A DNA stretch of 64,000 bases from an uncultured virus (IMG/VR IMGVR_UViG_3300025133_000076). Lineage: Duplodnaviria > Heunggongvirae > Uroviricota > Caudoviricetes. Position numbers and translations under genes: made by a program. The notes beneath the pieces were generated by a model. That model was not told where the DNA came from and searched no databases. It was given only the letters and a program-made list of their open reading frames with translations. Positions 55,947 to 64,000 of this stretch are shown here, in pieces. The DNA lies in IMG/VR virus record IMGVR_UViG_3300025133_000076. One strand, written 5' to 3'. How positions within the stretch are numbered: position 1 is the stretch's first letter; each line of letters begins with the position of its first letter.

Positions 55947-58557
55947 ATTAGATACATTACAGTCATGGCTTATAAGCAATGGATTTATAAATGAATCTGT
56001 TGAATTACACATTATAAAAACAGCTATATCTTTAGAAGAGGCAGCCATGAGGCTCGACCAAAAGATAATAGGAAAGATTATTAACGGAGCATTGTGGAGG
56101 CCTGATAAATCTGTGTCTCAATATCTTTATGACTTCGCGGGCCACAACCCGGCTGGTAACGATATTTTGCCAGAATTGAAAAAGAGAGTTTCATATCTTC
56201 TTTTAAATATGGTCCCAAAAGACTTGCTTCCAGACCAGAAGGGTACAGCCTTAAGCTGGTTAATAAGCCTAGCTAACAGGACTGCCTCTCCAGATCTAGA
56301 GATTGGTCGCGGATTCGGCAGAGCTTTAGTATTAGGGGCTTTAGATGACCTGATGCACCTTGCCAAGCACACAAACTTATCAGAGGGCGACTCTCTCTCC
56401 GCTTTTGATAAACAGTATTTAAATACATATCTAGAAAACGGATATGTCGAGCCAAAAGAGGGGGATCCACACCTCCGCAACTTAGACCGAATAAGCTCTC
56501 TTGATGATCACCCGGCCAGTACCGCAAGGAATAATCTAGAGATATTCTTTCATTATAAAGATCTTATGAGCCAAAAGGATCTGCTTTCTATGGAAACATT
56601 TGGAGACTTACAATTCACAGTAGACGAGGCAAGGCCCAAGATTAAGCAAAAGCAGGAAAAGAAAAGGCACCTAAATGTAGAAGAGGGAGCTGTATTCTTA
56701 CAAGGTGGTTTTAAGAAGAGCGAACATACCGGAGAGATCCTATATAACTACAAGGTGACTACAGGCAAAAAGGATGCAGACGGATCGTTCCTTGGAGCTG
56801 TTTATTGGACAAACAAGTTAAACAGGGCAAGCGCAAGGCAGGTTGATGCAATAAAAAATGGGCTTGAGTTAAGAGCCGAGTCTAAAGAAAGTGCAAAAAA
56901 GTATTTTGCGGGAATAGTTTGCACAACTGGGCGGGAAAAATGCCCCCCTGATATTGTCGCAGAAATGATAGGCAACTTAGATGCAGAGAGGCTGGGTCCA
57001 GCCTTTGAGTATTCAGAGGGGCTTGTTATAGCTGAAATTCACAACAAAGGTGCCGCCTGTATGCTGGGGTCACAATCAAACCAGTGGTGTACTGCCGCTC
57101 CGGGATTAGACTACTTTGACGATTATTATAAAAAAGATGATCCACTGTTTTTCTTTGCCGACGAATCTCGGGATGAGATATTTCAATTTAGTTACGGACA
57201 AGGGGATTTTGCCGATGAAATGAATAATCAGGTCGATGCGACAGTTAAAAGAGAATTGCACAATCATCTTCTCCATGTAGTTGATATTGACAAGTATCCG
57301 AATGTCAAACTTATGACGGCAGATATTGTAATCTCTGACTGGGAAACTGATGGGCCAGATTTGAGAGCAGCGATTAATTATACAGACATCAGCAATATGA
57401 GGCAGGATTTACTAACAAGACTTATAGCGCATCCAAATATTCAAGAAGATATGCTAATAGACGCGGTAGACTCCCTTGCGCAAAAGGACCCTCTGGTATT
57501 TTTTAGCGAACATCTTTATGATAAAATAAATAACAATAAAAAAAGAGCTGAGATAATCAGTCATGCAGCTACAGCATTGGCATACAATGACGACTCTGTG
57601 GGCAAATCAGTTAAATTTTTTGACATTCATATAGAGGGAGGAGCAGGTTCTGGCCGCTTTAGTGATGGGCGGCTAAAAGACTTGTTTCCAGATCTGGCAG
57701 AGGAACTTGCAGAGCGCCTCTCTAGCTCCACCTCCTTTATACGCTCATTTTTATATAGAGATTACCCAGAGTTTACAGCCAGAGGGATAGAGTCGCAGAT
57801 AGCTGACATAAAACTGAACGGTCAAGTGCCACATAGAGCACGAGGTTTGGAAGAGCTTATTCAGCTTTCCTCTACAAAGTATGAGAAGGAGCTTTTTAGA
57901 CTTGCAGAGACAATAGCTCAATACTCTCCAGCGTTTTTCTTTAAAAATAAATTACATAAAAAATATCCAAAGATAGCAGAAAGCACCCCGTCGTGGCTTC
58001 CGGAATCCGCCTACAACCGCCGAAGTGTAGCGGATATGTTTTCCGGTTCAAATGCATTTTGGAACCTTGAGTTATATTTGGATTATCCAGAGATAGCAAA
58101 AAAGAGAGCATCAGAGCTGCGTCCAGAGATATTCTTTAGCATTAAAATTGAAGCCCCAGACCCTTCCAGGGATGGCATGGGCTACTATGGTCAGGTTGGA
58201 TTACAAACCATATATCCAGAAGAGGCAATAGTAAAGGCTCAATATATGGCGGATCATATGCCTGGCAGATTCTTTAAACATAATATGGAAAAGTCGTATC
58301 CAGAAATAGGTCGTAAAGCAGCAGAACATATGGCTATAAATAATCCAAACAGATTCGCCACAGTACGATTACACGAAAGATACCCGGAATTTGCACATCA
58401 TGTAAAGGCGGCTATTGATGCCAGAATAATCTCTGATATAACCCTGCATGGTGGAGGGAAGCTATCAGACTGGCTTGAGCAACATGCCTACGATCCTCGT
58501 CGTCATATAGTCGAAGAGTTATACGGAAACAATGAACCGGATGAGGCTGATGGTTGA
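55933..58557 (+). CDS. Large leader-variant protein with WCT motif domain and FF...YPE repeats
   Basis: KLDTLQSWLISNGFINES...IIKTA; AACMLGSQSNQWCTAA...YFDDY; repeats resemble 12458 ORF. Confidence 0.85.
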   Translation: MMSCKLDTLQSWLISNGFINESVELHIIKTAISLEEAAMRLDQKIIGKIINGALWRPDKSVSQYLYDFAGHNPAGNDILPELKKRVSYLLLNMVPKDLLPDQKGTALSWLISLANRTASPDLEIGRGFGRALVLGALDDLMHLAKHTNLSEGDSLSAFDKQYLNTYLENGYVEPKEGDPHLRNLDRISSLDDHPASTARNNLEIFFHYKDLMSQKDLLSMETFGDLQFTVDEARPKIKQKQEKKRHLNVEEGAVFLQGGFKKSEHTGEILYNYKVTTGKKDADGSFLGAVYWTNKLNRASARQVDAIKNGLELRAESKESAKKYFAGIVCTTGREKCPPDIVAEMIGNLDAERLGPAFEYSEGLVIAEIHNKGAACMLGSQSNQWCTAAPGLDYFDDYYKKDDPLFFFADESRDEIFQFSYGQGDFADEMNNQVDATVKRELHNHLLHVVDIDKYPNVKLMTADIVISDWETDGPDLRAAINYTDISNMRQDLLTRLIAHPNIQEDMLIDAVDSLAQKDPLVFFSEHLYDKINNNKKRAEIISHAATALAYNDDSVGKSVKFFDIHIEGGAGSGRFSDGRLKDLFPDLAEELAERLSSSTSFIRSFLYRDYPEFTARGIESQIADIKLNGQVPHRARGLEELIQLSSTKYEKELFRLAETIAQYSPAFFFKNKLHKKYPKIAESTPSWLPESAYNRRSVADMFSGSNAFWNLELYLDYPEIAKKRASELRPEIFFSIKIEAPDPSRDGMGYYGQVGLQTIYPEEAIVKAQYMADHMPGRFFKHNMEKSYPEIGRKAAEHMAINNPNRFATVRLHERYPEFAHHVKAAIDARIISDITLHGGGKLSDWLEQHAYDPRRHIVEELYGNNEPDEADG

Positions 58558-58724
58558 TATATTAATATTTGATATTAAAATGACAGGTTTAATATGATAA
58601 AAGATTTAGGACGAATATAGAAACTGCCGCTGTAGAGTGGAATGATGAAATCAATGAATATATTGCATATAATATGCACAGAGAAGTGGGCGATACAGCT
58701 TTCGCATAAGGATTAAGAATAATT

Positions 58725-59381
58725 ATGAAACAATACACACCAGATACTGACAGGGTAATAGCCGACCCAGAAGAACTAAGCGATATGATGGCGACTATAG
58801 ATCTAAAGGAACGTGTCACATATCTAATGAATGTAATTTCTGGGGCCAAAAGAGATCTTGCAAGACTAGAGGACTTAGGCCCGGCTTCCGTTGGCTTGGG
58901 AAATCTGAAGAAAGAACTCAAAGAGTCTCTATCTATGAATCAGGCTGAGTTGCGTCAAATTTACGATTACTATTTGGGAGTCGGAGCTTTACAGATGGCG
59001 ACAGAGCCTGGAGATATTCCTGCGTTTCCAGGGATATCAGGATGGGGGTCTAGAAAACCGGAGGACCCAGATATGATGTACCTTCCCCCAATGTTAGAGG
59101 CGGCAGAAGCATCTTTGACAAAAGAGTTGGTAAAAATCTCAAACGAACTAGACTCATTAGGCTTAATTGCCGAAGCTGATAGCCTGGACTCAATCATCCT
59201 AAAGTATGCTTCAAATAATGTAATAAGATTTGAAGATCATGCTGGAGAGAAAGAGCAGGTATATGCTTACGCCTTATTAGATCCCGATGGGGAATTTCAA
59301 GATATGTTTGGCTCAAGAGAAGAGGCTCTGGCCGGACTTATGGATGCAACAGGATATACCTTGCGGGAAATAAAACTATAG
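58725..59381 (+). CDS. Protein with an internal leader motif; 5' end possibly degraded
   Basis: Internal TKELVKISNELDSLGLIAEADSLDSIILKYA. Confidence 0.7.
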   Translation: MKQYTPDTDRVIADPEELSDMMATIDLKERVTYLMNVISGAKRDLARLEDLGPASVGLGNLKKELKESLSMNQAELRQIYDYYLGVGALQMATEPGDIPAFPGISGWGSRKPEDPDMMYLPPMLEAAEASLTKELVKISNELDSLGLIAEADSLDSIILKYASNNVIRFEDHAGEKEQVYAYALLDPDGEFQDMFGSREEALAGLMDATGYTLREIKL

Positions 59382-59400
59382 TCTGGAGATACTTTAAACG

Positions 59401-59919
59401 ATGATCTTAAGGATTGCATTTTATAAAAACAAAGAACTTTTAAGAGATCGATTCATTAGATGGTGGACAAGAAGCCGCTATAGTCATGTTGAATTAGCCA
59501 TCCCCAATGGTGGTGGATGGATCGGAATATATCCTCCACATAATCCTGTTGTGAAATTAAATAAGGCCGATATATATAAGGAGTCAGATTGGGACTTTAT
59601 TTCTATCCCAATTACAGATAATCAATTAAAAATTATTTTAGATTTTTACGAGGAAACTAAGGGTCAGTCTTATGATTGGATTGGGATGCTGCTATCTCAC
59701 ATAACCCCGTTTAAAATAAGAAGAATAAACAAGTGGTATTGCAGCGAATGGGTTGCTTATGCGCTAAGTCTCTCTGGGGTAATAGAGTGGAGGAATTTGG
59801 CATTATATAAGACGAACCGCCTTCCTCCGCAAAAGCTATACGACGCCCTGATTTGTCAAGCAGAAGTGCTCCCGGCGTATTGGGTAGACGCTAGTGATAA
59901 TACAAGATATATAGATTGA
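59401..59919 (+). CDS. Permuted papain-like (YiiX/NlpC-P60-type) hydrolase
   Basis: YSHVEL...G.SYDW.G...KWYCSEWVA (His before Cys). Confidence 0.75.
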   Translation: MILRIAFYKNKELLRDRFIRWWTRSRYSHVELAIPNGGGWIGIYPPHNPVVKLNKADIYKESDWDFISIPITDNQLKIILDFYEETKGQSYDWIGMLLSHITPFKIRRINKWYCSEWVAYALSLSGVIEWRNLALYKTNRLPPQKLYDALICQAEVLPAYWVDASDNTRYID

Positions 59920-59959
59920 TATATTATTAACCAAGATTATATCGGGAGATAGTAATTAA

Positions 59960-60340
59960 ATGAGCAGAAAAGTAGCTTGGATAAGCGATATAAAAACTGA
60001 TGATAAACCATGGGGAAGTGAAAAGTCATGGTCTAGTGCCGGATTTTCTCATAGCAAAATAATTACAATAGAGAGTGGACACAGAACATCTCTAAAGAAA
60101 TACAAGGTAAAAAACGAATCATTCTTTTTGGTGTCCGGAAAGATAGCCGTTATATATGGGGATGAAAAAACAACCAGTGTTAAGTTTATGTCTCATGGAA
60201 TATTGCTGCCAAATCAAGTTCTGTCTGTACCATCTGGATGCCCGTATAGACTTGAGGCTCTGGAAGACTCTGTTATTATCGAAACGTCAGATTATAGAGA
60301 AGACGACTTTGAGCTAATCGAAGATGACTATAACCGATAA
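59960..60340 (+). CDS. Cupin-fold protein (mannose-6-phosphate isomerase C-terminal-like)
   Basis: KPWGSE, G.RTSL...K.ESF..VSG, PYRLEALEDS.IIE.S; metal His residues appear substituted. Confidence 0.75.
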   Translation: MSRKVAWISDIKTDDKPWGSEKSWSSAGFSHSKIITIESGHRTSLKKYKVKNESFFLVSGKIAVIYGDEKTTSVKFMSHGILLPNQVLSVPSGCPYRLEALEDSVIIETSDYREDDFELIEDDYNR

Positions 60341-60403
60341 ATAAAATTTTATCACCCACTTTCTGCACCAGCTATCGTACTATGAACACAGTGGAGGAAG
60401 AAA

Positions 60404-60640
60404 ATGTCTTTGTTTATAAGGGTAGAGATTGCATCCAAGTTGCTTGGAAGCAAAAGTCCAAATGATATTATGTTTATTGCTCTAGATAGGGTTCATAAGA
60501 TTCAGAGCACTGGAGGCGAAAGAGGTTGCATTATTTTTCATGGGCAACCAACAGAGAGGACTGTTGTAGATGTAACCGCAGGAGAATTGGTTGCTAACAA
60601 CATTGTCGATACTTCATTTTTTGCTATAGAATCTAAATAG
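60404..60640 (+). CDS. Hypothetical protein
   Basis: Promoter motif and GGAGG RBS. Confidence 0.65.
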   Translation: MSLFIRVEIASKLLGSKSPNDIMFIALDRVHKIQSTGGERGCIIFHGQPTERTVVDVTAGELVANNIVDTSFFAIESK

Positions 60641-60670
60641 CTAACTGCCACCTACGTTAATTAAACGTAT

Positions 60671-60746
60671 GGGCCGTTAGCTCAACAGGCAGAGCAAAAG
60701 ACTTTTAATCTTTAGGTTCTGGGTTCAAGTCCCAGGCGGCTCACCA
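60671..60746 (+). tRNA. tRNA-Lys (UUU), second copy
   Basis: Cloverleaf, AAAGA-CTTTTAA-TCTTT, CCA end. Confidence 0.93.
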
Positions 60747-60753
60747 TTATTAT

Positions 60754-60831
60754 AGGGCTATAGCTCAATCAGGTTAGAGCAACTGCCTCATAAGCAGTAG
60801 GTTCTCGGTTCAAGTCCGAGTAGCCCTACCA
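60754..60831 (+). tRNA. tRNA with CAU anticodon (Met or Ile2)
   Basis: AGGGCTA/TAGCCCT acceptor stem, loop CTCATAA, CCA end. Confidence 0.92.
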
Positions 60832-61147
60832 TTTAACGATATAAGTGTTGTCGCTCAACTCTTATAAGAAGGAGCGGAATGTTGGAGTTACTTTAGATCA
60901 TTTTGGTTGGGTGATTTAAAGTGGGCGGGTTTCAACAAGTGCGGTAAAGATAGTATTTGTTACATAAAGCAAGTACAATATTAGGGCTCCTAATGTGACA
61001 CCCCCTTTGTAATAAAGGGGTTTTAATATAGGAAAAAGCTCCGGTCATGTAATAGGTGTGTCACTCCCTATTATTTAGGCTTATTATTTAAGTCAGATGA
61101 AAGCTGGCCTTACCGGAGGCCAGTTAGTAATCAAAAGGGTCGGATTT

Positions 61148-61396
61148 ATGGACAACTTTGAGGTTGAAGAATATATCCTTCAAACATTGTCTGGAATAAT
61201 TCCCAAAGAATTATGGGACGAGCACAGTGGGAGCGACTCCTCTCCTTTCGACAGACTTAGCGAAGCAGAGGCTAGGGTTGTGAAGAGAAAGTTTAGAAAG
61301 TTAAAAAAAAAAGCTAAAGTAAAAAAGTATAATTCTGCAAAATCTATGTGGTCAAGTATAAATTATTATTTAAAAGGTATCAAAAATGGGCAGTAA
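61148..61396 (+). CDS. Hypothetical protein
   Basis: Start uncertain (61097 or 61148); basic C-terminus. Confidence 0.6.
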   Translation: MDNFEVEEYILQTLSGIIPKELWDEHSGSDSSPFDRLSEAEARVVKRKFRKLKKKAKVKKYNSAKSMWSSINYYLKGIKNGQ

Positions 61397-61577
61397 AGCA
61401 CAGCGACAAAACCAGCATGTTCAGCGTCTTAATAAAAAAATTAGAAAATTCACAAAGGCTGGCAAATCAACTGCTGGATTAGAAAAAGAATTGAATTATA
61501 TGTTGGGCGAAGAACGGGTAAAGCACAAAACAGGAAGAGAGGCAGACCCTCGGCTCAAAAGATTTAATCACGACTGA
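61386..61577 (+). CDS. Small basic protein
   Basis: AAGGT RBS; 63 aa. Confidence 0.6.
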   Translation: MGSKAQRQNQHVQRLNKKIRKFTKAGKSTAGLEKELNYMLGEERVKHKTGREADPRLKRFNHD

Positions 61578-61599
61578 TGCAAAGCCCATGATAAAACAT

Positions 61600-61675
61600 T
61601 CCCCTGTAGCTCAGTTGGTAGAGCAGATGACTGTTAATCATCGGGTCGTTGGTTCAAGTCCAGCCGGGGGAGCCA
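61600..61675 (+). tRNA. tRNA-Asn (GUU)
   Basis: Cloverleaf, loop CTGTTAA, CCA end. Confidence 0.95.
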
Positions 61676-61730
61676 TTTTTATAAGCCATGTATCTTTTGG
61701 TACATGGCTTTGTTTAGTTTCGGAGGAATA

Positions 61731-62087
61731 ATGCCTAGAATATCAAAGATAAATGACGATACAACAGACATAGGTGGAACAAGTTTTGTTGGAGAAATTA
61801 TCGCAGACTATAGCCTTCTGATAGAAAGGTTTGGAGAGCCAGGAGATTCGTTTGACAATTATAAAACGGATGCAGAATGGGTCATAGAGTTTGAGAGCGG
61901 GGAAGTCGCGACAATTTACAATTGGAAAGATGGCCTTAATTATTGCGGAGAAACTGGTACTCCAGTAGAATTGATAAAGGAGTGGCACATCGGGGGCAGG
62001 TCAAGCCTTGTTCAGCTTTGGATAGAGGATTATCTCTTTCACTCATGGCCGGTCTTTGATGAAATAAGACAGGATGCACAATTTTGA
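61731..62087 (+). CDS. Conserved phage hypothetical protein
   Basis: GTS..G...Y..L...FGEP...KTDAEW...ATIYNWK...WHIGG; ends WPVFDEIR. Confidence 0.8.
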   Translation: MPRISKINDDTTDIGGTSFVGEIIADYSLLIERFGEPGDSFDNYKTDAEWVIEFESGEVATIYNWKDGLNYCGETGTPVELIKEWHIGGRSSLVQLWIEDYLFHSWPVFDEIRQDAQF

Positions 62088-62334
62088 TGAACCAAAGGAA
62101 TGGAGCAATAAATGCCCAGACTGTAGGGCTATAATCAAATGGAGCCTAACCCCATCTGGGGCGGGAGCGAAATCAAGAGTCTATTGTTCTAATAATGTTT
62201 CTTGCTCAAGAGTTGATATAACAAGCCTTGATGATTTAAAGCTTTGCTTTTGGATAGGGTTTGTTGTTAGGCAGAAAGATGGTGGAGTTAGGTTTCAAGA
62301 TAAAGACGGAAACTGGATAAGAGAATACATATAA
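62074..62334 (+). CDS. Cys-rich hypothetical protein
   Basis: CPDC...YC...C. Confidence 0.65.
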   Translation: MHNFDEPKEWSNKCPDCRAIIKWSLTPSGAGAKSRVYCSNNVSCSRVDITSLDDLKLCFWIGFVVRQKDGGVRFQDKDGNWIREYI

Positions 62335-62336
62335 AT

Positions 62337-62412
62337 GCCATCTTAGCTCAGTCGGTAGAGCAGTTGCTTTGTAAGCATCAGGTCGTCAGTTCAAGTCTGA
62401 CAGGTGGCTCCA
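62337..62412 (+). tRNA. tRNA-Thr (UGU)
   Basis: Cloverleaf, loop TTTGTAA, CCA end. Confidence 0.92.
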
Positions 62413-62622
62413 CAAGCTTAATTAACAAGATCTATTGGTGTTAAATGAAATACTGGCGCATTGAAGTTATAAACAATGATAAGCAAGAGACTCACTTTAT
62501 AAAGGCTGTTGATTATTCTAAGAAGCTTATAAGGGCAGTTCTAAAAGAAACTCATCCAGAGTGGAATATTAAAAGGATAGTATCAATTGATGCTATTCCA
62601 GAAAAAATTAAGGAGTGATAAT

Positions 62623-62841
62623 ATGGAAGATACATATGTTTATATCAGTGTTAAATTATATCTCAAAGATGGGCAGACAAAAGATTCTATCCAAGAGGTC
62701 GTTCAAGATTTAAATTATTCTTTTGAACACAATGATATTTTGCAGCATGAAATTGTAGATATTTTAGATACTCAACTTCCAATTAAAACAATTGAGCTTC
62801 CTGTAGACCCGTTTGATTTGCCTATAAGTGAGGATGAATAA
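62623..62841 (+). CDS. Hypothetical protein
   Basis: AGGAG RBS. Confidence 0.65.
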   Translation: MEDTYVYISVKLYLKDGQTKDSIQEVVQDLNYSFEHNDILQHEIVDILDTQLPIKTIELPVDPFDLPISEDE

Positions 62842-63092
62842 TGGAGAATGAAATGAATACACATAACTTATCTGAAAGAGCCTGGGGTAATAACTACGAG
62901 ATCATGAGCCTTAGTGAAGATGGGCATAAAGCATCTATCACAGGATGGAGTTCTGGTATCAAAAGCGGTGATTATTTAATCCTGCAATCTCCCGAAGGGA
63001 CCACCCGGTATCAGGTCGATTCTATTAAGTATTGCAGAGATCCACAGGATATGTGGTTTGCGGAAGTATCATTTTCTCCAAGAGATAATTAA
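62841..63092 (+). CDS. Conserved phage hypothetical protein
   Basis: GIKSGDYLIL...TRY.V..I.Y..DP.DMW. Confidence 0.7.
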   Translation: MENEMNTHNLSERAWGNNYEIMSLSEDGHKASITGWSSGIKSGDYLILQSPEGTTRYQVDSIKYCRDPQDMWFAEVSFSPRDN

Positions 63093-63142
63093 AACTTTCA
63101 CTTCTGTTTCTGCACCAGCTATCGTAAAACAAAAGCCTCTTT

Positions 63143-63331
63143 ATGGGTCAGGAGATAATTGTGGGACCAAGATTTTTTCAAACAATAATGGGCCAGAGAT
63201 TTATCGAAGGCACCATTCCGGCTGTTCTTAAGGAAATTAAGCGACTTAATGATAACTTAGAGCGGCTTAATAAAACTCTGGAAAAGACATTAAGCGAACC
63301 GTCCTGCGAAGAAGAAAAGGATGATGAATAA
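63143..63331 (+). CDS. Small coiled-coil protein
   Basis: FFQTIMGQRF.EGTIP...I.RLN..LE; promoter motif. Confidence 0.7.
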   Translation: MGQEIIVGPRFFQTIMGQRFIEGTIPAVLKEIKRLNDNLERLNKTLEKTLSEPSCEEEKDDE

Positions 63332-63599
63332 ACTAATGGGTCCATGTTTTGATACAGAGCTATTAGGGCTGCTAACTCCAGAGGAAGCGATTTATATTTC
63401 CCTGCTTCTATATGAAGACTTTGGCGGCGACCCAATCAATGTTGACCCAGGAATGTTTTATGGGTCAGGTGCATATCATAAATTGTTTGACTTTTATGCA
63501 GATGAAATGCCGTATGGAGTAGCGAAATATAGAACGGGGGAGGCGGATAAATGGATTTGTCACAGATTGCGAGAAAGATATAATGAATTATACTCTTAA
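63321..63599 (+). CDS. Hypothetical protein
   Basis: EMPYGVAK.RTG motif. Confidence 0.7.
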   Translation: MMNKLMGPCFDTELLGLLTPEEAIYISLLLYEDFGGDPINVDPGMFYGSGAYHKLFDFYADEMPYGVAKYRTGEADKWICHRLRERYNELYS

Positions 63600-64000
63600 A
63601 AATGTAAGCGAAAATGTTGAAGCATGGTCTGAAAAGGACCCTGTTAGGCCAGAGTTAGATGCCAAATTTAAGACCGCATCTGGGAGGGAGGTATACGGGC
63701 TAATGGACGAAGAAGGCTCCTTTAAAGCCTTTTTGTGTTTGGCGTATACAGATAATGTTCCAACCAACGTAAGTGAGCTTGAGTTATTCGTCTCTTATCC
63801 CTCTTATATAGCGGTCCCATACTCAGTTTGGAGTTATCAAAAAGGGGCTGGAAAAGAAATTATAAGACAGGTTGCATTGTTGATGAAGGATAATCCAAAC
63901 GTAACTAGACTAATTACCCTGTCTCCGCTTACAGATATGGCTAGAAAGTTTCACTTAAGAAATAATGCAATAGAATTAAGTGTAAATAAAGAAACTGTAA
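63583..64000 (+). CDS. GNAT-like conserved phage protein (3'-truncated by the window edge; not in ORF track)
   Basis: Own translation: DPVRP...YSVWSY.KGAG...TLSP.T.MARKFHL.N. Confidence 0.7.
   Translation, partial: MNYTLKNVSENVEAWSEKDPVRPELDAKFKTASGREVYGLMDEEGSFKAFLCLAYTDNVPTNVSELELFVSYPSYIAVPYSVWSYQKGAGKEIIRQVALLMKDNPNVTRLITLSPLTDMARKFHLRNNAIELSVNKETV

Noticed and set aside
1..64000. Stop-codon reassignment as in some jumbo phages
   Set aside because: Long ORFs are intact in the standard code; TAA, TAG and TGA all end genes at sensible junctions; no suppressor tRNA seen

Overview
This window looks like part of a large (jumbo-type) dsDNA bacteriophage genome read in the standard code. It has no capsid, terminase or polymerase hallmark genes, and the host is not identifiable from sequence. 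Three zones are visible. (1) 1-24 kb and 52-59 kb are AT-rich, late-type genes. About 20 of them carry a shared ~30-aa leader (M-I/L-KELIKIANELD-x-RGL-xx-EAD-x-LD-x-IIK-x-A, or a WL variant) fused to unrelated payloads: M48 peptidase, PT-TG, DUF1232, DUF5591-like and PcfJ-like domains. A GT11/sulfotransferase glycan cluster sits among them. (2) 24.3-51 kb is an early-type region of short genes (ArdC, kinase, phosphoesterase, SprT, GP88-like, Hc1-like, Nudix). It is organised by ~29 copies of a phage-specific promoter-like motif and ~45-50 copies of a GGGCAAAAG-N3-(G/T)ACA element, and holds a dense array of canonical sigma-54 (-24/-12) sites at 25.3-25.7 kb. Several promoter-driven ORF-free units lie here, including a ~650-nt highly structured RNA (GOLLD/ROOL-like scale). 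(3) 59-64 kb has small genes and tRNAs. Seven tRNAs in total. All family calls are motif recognition by eye, not database results.
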